A DNA stretch of 54,791 nucleotides, taken from assembly GCA_944358875.1 (NCBI GenBank), contig CALVRZ010000003.1, positions 1 to 54,791 on the forward strand, written 5' to 3'. This document shows, piece by piece, positions 49,299-54,791 of this stretch. Position numbers and translations under genes: made by a program. The first letter of the stretch is position 1. Every line of letters begins with the position of its first letter. The notes beneath the pieces are model-generated. The model was not told where the DNA came from. It saw nothing but the letters and a program-made list of their open reading frames with translations, and made no database searches. The DNA comes from an uncultured Bacilli bacterium. Lineage in GTDB: Bacteria > Bacillota_I > Bacilli_A > RF39 > UBA660.

Positions 49299-49901
49299 TT
49301 ACTCTTTTTCTATCTCCAAAGTATTAACCTCATACCCATCATCACTAATTACCAAACTAATAACACTATCACTACTAACAATATAAGTATCTAACCAACT
49401 AGCAAACATTTTCTCTAAAAAACTAGCTTTAAACTCACTATATTCATTATAAAATAAAACTTTCACTCTATCACTAAAAGAAATATTCACATCATCTTCC
49501 CCATTCAAAATATAAATAAAATCACACTTCCCAAAATCATCCTTATAATACCATTCATCCCCATATACACAAAATAAATAATTATCAAAAGAAATACCAA
49601 TCATATTATCAATATATATTTCTACTCCATCCAATACCAATTTATCACGTAAAATATACTTATCCTTATAATCAATATCAATATCCATATCTTCTAACAA
49701 AACCAAATAATCAACCCTATTATCCATTACAAGCCCCTTATCAAATAATAACAAAAAATTACTATTAGCATCATCCTCATATATCCCTGACTTACTTATA
49801 TAAAACTGGTAGCTATCATCATTATCAAAAGTATCCACCATTTCCCTATCATTACAACCACCAAGCATTAACAAAGCCAAAAAACAGAACCATTTTTTCA
49901 T
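49299..49901 (-). CDS. Putative lipoprotein
   Basis: MKK..LLMLGG-C lipobox. Confidence 0.7.
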   Translation of the reverse strand: MKKWFCFLALLMLGGCNDREMVDTFDNDDSYQFYISKSGIYEDDANSNFLLLFDKGLVMDNRVDYLVLLEDMDIDIDYKDKYILRDKLVLDGVEIYIDNMIGISFDNYLFCVYGDEWYYKDDFGKCDFIYILNGEDDVNISFSDRVKVLFYNEYSEFKASFLEKMFASWLDTYIVSSDSVISLVISDDGYEVNTLEIEKE

Positions 49902-49954
49902 CCTATCGCCTCATTATAAAGTATGAAAAAAAGACCAAATTAATACTGGCCTTT

Positions 49955-51046
49955 TTATTTATAATTTTTTAAAACATATTTCATAATATCATCAAAACTA
50001 TTATCAATCTTACCATATACAATTTCTCTTTCAATATCCTTCATAATATCCTTAAGATAAGTCCCAGGTTCTCTTTTCAAAGCTTTCATAATATCATTAG
50101 GTTTAACAACAATATCCTTCTTACTTTCAATAGCTAAACCATTATATATGGCATTAATCTTTGTCTTATCCAAGCCTTTAATCATTGCCCCAACCGTACA
50201 CAAATAAAGACCATTTTGATAAATAACATAAGGATCATATACATCTTCTTTAAGTAAAGACCTAATCTTTTCCATCTGCCCTTTTTCTATCTTTGAGAAA
50301 GGATAAATATTATCAACATCAAGTTGGCTCCATATCCCAATAATATCATTAACCATAACCGTCCTACTAAGATTAGGAATTTCTAAATACTTATCCAACT
50401 TAAGCTCTAAAATAAGTCTTTTACCTATCTCTCTATTACTAGAAGAAAAAATCTTATTAAGCTCTTGCTTCTTCCTTTCATAAGAGAGCTTTTTCAACAA
50501 ATAACCATACTTTTTCAAATAATGCTTTGTCTTATCATCGATTGTTAATTTAAGTCTTGTCGCAAACCTAATAGCCCTCAAAATTCTAAGTGCATCTTCT
50601 TTAATCCGATATCTAGGATTACCTACCGTCTTAATTATTCTCTTATCAAGATCATCTCTAACATTAAGAAAATCTAGTACCTTACCATCCTTATCCATAC
50701 ATAAAGTATTAATCGTAAAATCTCTTCTCAGTAAGTCTTTCTTAACATTATCAATATACTTAATCTTAACAGGTTTCCGATTATCCTCATACTTAATTTC
50801 CTTTCTAAACGTCGTAATATCAAATTTATGATTCTTATAAATAACACTAACTGAACCATATTGAATACTAGAAACAGGTACAGTCTCAAAAATATCCATA
50901 ATTTCTTTTGGTTTAGCATTCGTACAAATATCGACATCCATCGTCTCTATCCCTAGTAAATAATCCCTAACATAACCACCGACAATATAAGCACTATAAC
51001 CATGATTCTCTAATATTTTAATAACTTCTAATGCAATACTTTGCAT
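49955..51046 (-). CDS. cca: CCA tRNA nucleotidyltransferase
   Basis: VGGYVRD..DVD, RRDFTIN, EDALRILRAIRF. Confidence 0.92.
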   Translation of the reverse strand: MQSIALEVIKILENHGYSAYIVGGYVRDYLLGIETMDVDICTNAKPKEIMDIFETVPVSSIQYGSVSVIYKNHKFDITTFRKEIKYEDNRKPVKIKYIDNVKKDLLRRDFTINTLCMDKDGKVLDFLNVRDDLDKRIIKTVGNPRYRIKEDALRILRAIRFATRLKLTIDDKTKHYLKKYGYLLKKLSYERKKQELNKIFSSSNREIGKRLILELKLDKYLEIPNLSRTVMVNDIIGIWSQLDVDNIYPFSKIEKGQMEKIRSLLKEDVYDPYVIYQNGLYLCTVGAMIKGLDKTKINAIYNGLAIESKKDIVVKPNDIMKALKREPGTYLKDIMKDIEREIVYGKIDNSFDDIMKYVLKNYK

Positions 51047-51062
51047 AAATCACCTCAAAATA

Positions 51063-52796
51063 TTAACGCTTTTTATTCTTAATTTCATCCCTTATCATAT
51101 CAATAAATTCTGATATACTAACTGTCGTTGTCTTCTCTTCTCCATGTTTACGATAACTAACTGTATCATTATCTCTTTCCTTATCCCCCAAGACTAACGT
51201 ATAAGGATTTTTCTTTGTTTGACTTTCTCTCATCTTATAACCAAGCTTTTCATCTCTACTATCAACTTGAACTCTAATATCATATTCCTTTAACATTTCA
51301 CTAACCTTATTAGCATATTCCAAATGATACTCATTATTAACAGGAATAATATTAATTTGAACAGGACTTAACCATAGTGGAAAAGCACCTCCATAATGTT
51401 CAATCAAAATACCAATAAATCTTTCAATTGAACCATAGATAACTCTATGTAACATAACCGGTCTTTTCTTAGAACCATCAGAATCAATATAAGTAAGATC
51501 AAATCTTTCCGGTAAATTCATATCAAGTTGAATAGTACCACATTGCCATACTCTACCTAAAGAATCTTTAATATGAAAGTCTAATTTAGGTCCATAGAAT
51601 GCACCATCACCCGGATTAATCTTACAATCATGTCCTGCCTTATGACAAGCATCTTCCAAAGCCTTCTCCGACTTATCCCATATCGCAATATCTCCAATAT
51701 ACTTTTCTTCAGGTCTAGTTGATAATTCAATATCATAAGTAAGACCAAAAATACCATACATTCTATCAATAAAATTAATTAAACGAATAACTTCACTTTC
51801 AATTTGATCTTCTCTCATAAAAATATGGGCATCATCTTGCGTAAAAGTTCTTACTCTAAATAAACCATTTAAAGCCCCACTTGCTTCATGACGATGAACT
51901 TGACCAAGTTCCCCAATGCGAAGTGGTAAGTCCTTATAAGAATGAAGACCATTCTTATAAACTAACATGCCACCTGGACAATTCATTGGCTTAATCGCAA
52001 AAGTCTTATCATCAATTTCACTTGTATACATATTTTCTCTATAATTGTACCAATGACCAGATAATTCCCATAGATCCTTGTTAAGCATAATAGGGGTTTT
52101 AACGAACAAATAACCTTCTTTTGTATGTTCCTTATACCAAAAGTTTTCAAGTTCATTTCTTAAAATCATACCCTTAGGTAAGAAGAAAGGAAAACCAGGA
52201 CCATACTCACTAATCATAAATAAATCAAGTTCCTTACCTAATTTCTTATGATCCCTTTTCTTAGCTTCTTCTAAGAAATCAAGATGTTCTTTAAGTTCCT
52301 CTTCCGTAGGAAAACAAACACCATAAATACGTTGTAACATCTTGTTATTAGCATCTCCCTTAAAATAAGCACCACTTACTTTAAGTAACTTAAAATTCTT
52401 AAGTAATTTAACATTATCCACATGAGGACCACGACATAAATCCGTAAAATCACCTTGTGAATAACAACTAATAACCTCATCGTCCATTCTTTCAATTAAA
52501 TCAATCTTATATGGATCATCTTTAAACATCTCTAAAGCTTCTTCTTTAGATATCTCATGACGAATAATCTTCTTACCATCCTTAGCAAGTTTCTTCATTT
52601 CTTTTTCGATCATCGGTAAGTCTTCTTCCGTCAAAGTCTTATCTCCTAAATCAATATCATAATAAAACCCTTCTTCAATAACGGGACCAACCCAGAATTT
52701 AGCATTTGGATATAAATGCTTAACAGCCTGTGCCATCAAATGAGCACAACTATGATTAAGTACACTAAGTTTACTATCTTCTTTAATATTTATCAT
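51063..52796 (-). CDS. thrS: Threonine-tRNA ligase (short form lacking the TGS domain)
   Basis: HSCAH, DLCRGPH, KPMNCP, GAFYGPK, GSIERF. Confidence 0.98.
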   Translation of the reverse strand: MINIKEDSKLSVLNHSCAHLMAQAVKHLYPNAKFWVGPVIEEGFYYDIDLGDKTLTEEDLPMIEKEMKKLAKDGKKIIRHEISKEEALEMFKDDPYKIDLIERMDDEVISCYSQGDFTDLCRGPHVDNVKLLKNFKLLKVSGAYFKGDANNKMLQRIYGVCFPTEEELKEHLDFLEEAKKRDHKKLGKELDLFMISEYGPGFPFFLPKGMILRNELENFWYKEHTKEGYLFVKTPIMLNKDLWELSGHWYNYRENMYTSEIDDKTFAIKPMNCPGGMLVYKNGLHSYKDLPLRIGELGQVHRHEASGALNGLFRVRTFTQDDAHIFMREDQIESEVIRLINFIDRMYGIFGLTYDIELSTRPEEKYIGDIAIWDKSEKALEDACHKAGHDCKINPGDGAFYGPKLDFHIKDSLGRVWQCGTIQLDMNLPERFDLTYIDSDGSKKRPVMLHRVIYGSIERFIGILIEHYGGAFPLWLSPVQINIIPVNNEYHLEYANKVSEMLKEYDIRVQVDSRDEKLGYKMRESQTKKNPYTLVLGDKERDNDTVSYRKHGEEKTTTVSISEFIDMIRDEIKNKKR

Positions 52797-52805
52797 TAAA
52801 ATCAC

Positions 52806-53054
52806 TCACTTTCTAAAATATTTTTCATGTCTTCTATTCTTAACATTACGTCTAAACTTTTTAACTCCTACGCCACAGGAAATTTTACGGTAAACAGCAT
52901 CATCATTTATTTTATCCTGAATTATACCACATACAACCGAGTAAGCAGGTAAGCCACTTACCTTTTCTTTTAAATCAAGTAATTCTGAGTAAGACATATT
53001 ATCGATGTCTACACTAACATCATTACCATTTTCATCAACATATCTAACAAACAT
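52806..53054 (-). CDS. Small hypothetical protein
   Basis: RBS GGAGG; basic tail; abuts thrS. Confidence 0.65.
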   Translation of the reverse strand: MFVRYVDENGNDVSVDIDNMSYSELLDLKEKVSGLPAYSVVCGIIQDKINDDAVYRKISCGVGVKKFRRNVKNRRHEKYFRK

Positions 53055-53056
53055 CT

Positions 53057-53956
53057 TTAACCCTCCTTACTAATTAATTTATTGTAATTAACTTTTAGTA
53101 ATAAATCATATCTCATTTTAATTATTTTTTTATAAAATTCTTTCCTAATATCTGATATATACAAAGTATTATCGATAATTTCATTTATTACATTTAAGTT
53201 AATTCTAGGAAAAACTCTAAGTAATGCCTTATTACAATCAACATTATCCAAACTAGATATAAAATCATAGTAATTAATTTTCTTATCATCAATCTTAAGT
53301 GCCGAATTAGGAAAAACAAACACTCTAGCATTCATTTCTTCTTCATCATCGATAATTTTTTTCATTCTTTCATCCGTAAGCTGTGGATATAAAGAAGAAG
53401 CACAATCATAAATAGGAGCTATCTCAACTTCTTTTAATCTTTCATTAATCAAAAAGCCCCAATTGCCATTGTGTCGATTAAAATTACCTACTAAAGTATC
53501 AGCAATAAACATATCCCAAAAAAAATCTTTTAAATAGTTAACATCACATATTTGTTGACTCTCAATTGTTTGAATTACTTCTTCAAGTTCCGTACCATAA
53601 CCATTCTTAAAACTTTCTATCTGACTATTTTTAAGCTCCGCGAATTGTCTTAATACCACACCAAGAGAGGTAAAATCTTTGCAAGCAACAACTACTTTCG
53701 TATTGCCATTTAAATTATATGTCCCAAGTATTGTATCTTGTACTTTAAATCCTAATGACTTAATAATTTTACATGCTACATATTCTGATATACAATTATT
53801 AGCATAAGTTTGTTCAGCATCATTATCATTTAAACTAGGAAACTTTAACATATAATCTTGATTATTATAAACAATACAAATTTTACTACAATTCTTACCA
53901 CCATAGTATTTAAATTTATTAATTTCACAATTAGTAAAATCGATCATACCAAACAC
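53057..53956 (-). CDS. HipA/CtkA-like kinase with catalytic Asp replaced by Asn
   Basis: YMLKFP, SEYVAC, DTLVGNFNRHNGNWG, APIYDCASSL. Confidence 0.85.
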   Translation of the reverse strand: MFGMIDFTNCEINKFKYYGGKNCSKICIVYNNQDYMLKFPSLNDNDAEQTYANNCISEYVACKIIKSLGFKVQDTILGTYNLNGNTKVVVACKDFTSLGVVLRQFAELKNSQIESFKNGYGTELEEVIQTIESQQICDVNYLKDFFWDMFIADTLVGNFNRHNGNWGFLINERLKEVEIAPIYDCASSLYPQLTDERMKKIIDDEEEMNARVFVFPNSALKIDDKKINYYDFISSLDNVDCNKALLRVFPRINLNVINEIIDNTLYISDIRKEFYKKIIKMRYDLLLKVNYNKLISKEG

Positions 53957-53957
53957 C

Positions 53958-54188
53958 TCATTTTTTAAGTAATTCTATATTATTAATATATTTTTTATAG
54001 AAATAGTCACATTGTTCTTCCGATATATCACCATCGACAAAAGCACTGTTAACAGAACCTTGCAATTCATTAATTAAGCAATCTAAATAACTAACCTTTT
54101 TCTTTATCCCCTCTTTTAATCTATTTAAATCATATTCTAAATATTTAGGTAAACACTTCTCTAATATTTCTTCTTTATATGGTTTCAT
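53958..54188 (-). CDS. Small helical protein, putative partner/antitoxin of the kinase
   Basis: Stops 1 nt before the kinase start; first gene after the T-box terminator. Confidence 0.7.
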   Translation of the reverse strand: MKPYKEEILEKCLPKYLEYDLNRLKEGIKKKVSYLDCLINELQGSVNSAFVDGDISEEQCDYFYKKYINNIELLKK

Positions 54189-54201
54189 AATTCATCCCCC
54201 C

Positions 54202-54395
54202 AAAAAAAACACCCCTCAAAATAAGGAGTGCTAAGCACGGTACCATCCTACCTTTAACTTAATTAATATAACGGTTCTAACCGGAAATCTTTTTCAAGCT
54301 CTATTCCAAGGTAGTAACTATATAAACAATAAATAAGTTTGCACCAACCACTTACTCTCTAAATTATAAATTTATATAATCATGTCCTCTTCAAA
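54202..54395 (-). ncRNA. T-box riboswitch (Thr)
   Basis: Stem I GAAGAGGA..AGAGAG..GGTGCAA..ACTACCTTGGA (ACU or ACC specifier); antiterminator GGA-TGGTACC-GTG-CTTAG-CAC-TCC; terminator GCACTCCTT-ATTTT-GAGGGGTGT plus T run. Confidence 0.88.
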
Positions 54396-54417
54396 CATAT
54401 TTAATAAATACAACTAT

Positions 54418-54446
54418 ATTATAGTATATGCAATTCAAAATGTCAA
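54418..54446 (-). promoter_or_regulatory. Consensus sigma-A promoter for the T-box leader
   Basis: TTGACA(54446-54441)-17 bp-TATAAT(54423-54418). Confidence 0.85.
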
Positions 54447-54791
54447 TAACTTTTTGGGACTAATCGCATGGCGTCCCTCGGTATTAAATATATCTTTAAT
54501 ACTTATCTACTTTCATTACTATTTCAATCAAAAATTTAAACTGTTCGCTTGTTTTACAACAATATATTACAACAATATATATAGTATAATCGGTATTAGG
54601 AAATACTAACTGTTGAATAAAGCCGCTTAGAACAAAAAGGTAAAACAAGTTTTACCTCTCCTTGTCGTTACCTCCAAGGCTTCCTACTGCAAACAGAAAC
54701 ACTTTCTGTTATTCATAGGCATAAACTCCGATGGTCGCCACCCAATGCTGTCAAGCTAAGCAATGTCTAAAAACTGGATCTATGATTAATT

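Noticed and set aside
54382-54609. 75-aa plus-strand ORF
   Set aside because: Overlaps the T-box promoter and leader on the opposite strand; low complexity.
54605-54791. RNase P RNA, tmRNA or tRNA
   Set aside because: The diagnostic conserved terminal motifs are not matched on either strand.

Overview
Chromosomal window from a very AT-rich, walled Bacillota organism (genetic code 11; recU-ponA, polC, polA-mutM, yunB, short thrS). An RF39-like member of the Bacilli is my inference, not a database result. Housekeeping blocks (typA, asnB, thyX, polA/mutM, polC, recU-ponA, cca, thrS) alternate with small accessory islands: two AbiE pairs, Fic, RloA/RloB-like, DinJ-YafQ, AAA-DUF4143 and a HipA-like kinase. 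(1) The main system is a complete cellular diversity-generating retroelement (DGR) at 18054-22594. It has an RT, an Avd, a template repeat (19917-20015) and a variable repeat (21311-21409) that differ only at template adenines. The target is a secreted TasA/SipW-type protein with a C-terminal lectin-like variable domain. Three paralogous MutS domain-I-like accessory genes surround the TR, and an XRE regulator is transcribed divergently. (2) A Thr T-box riboswitch is separated from thrS by a small ORF, a HipA-like kinase whose catalytic Asp is replaced by Asn, and a second small ORF. (3) Three independent accessory cassettes each lie between direct repeats made of a duplicated end of the neighbouring gene, with no integrase or transposase in the window. 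Also present: a pilin-FN3-7x52-aa repeat adhesin, a 4x23-bp iteron-like array, a MerR-type promoter and a double-length ThyX.
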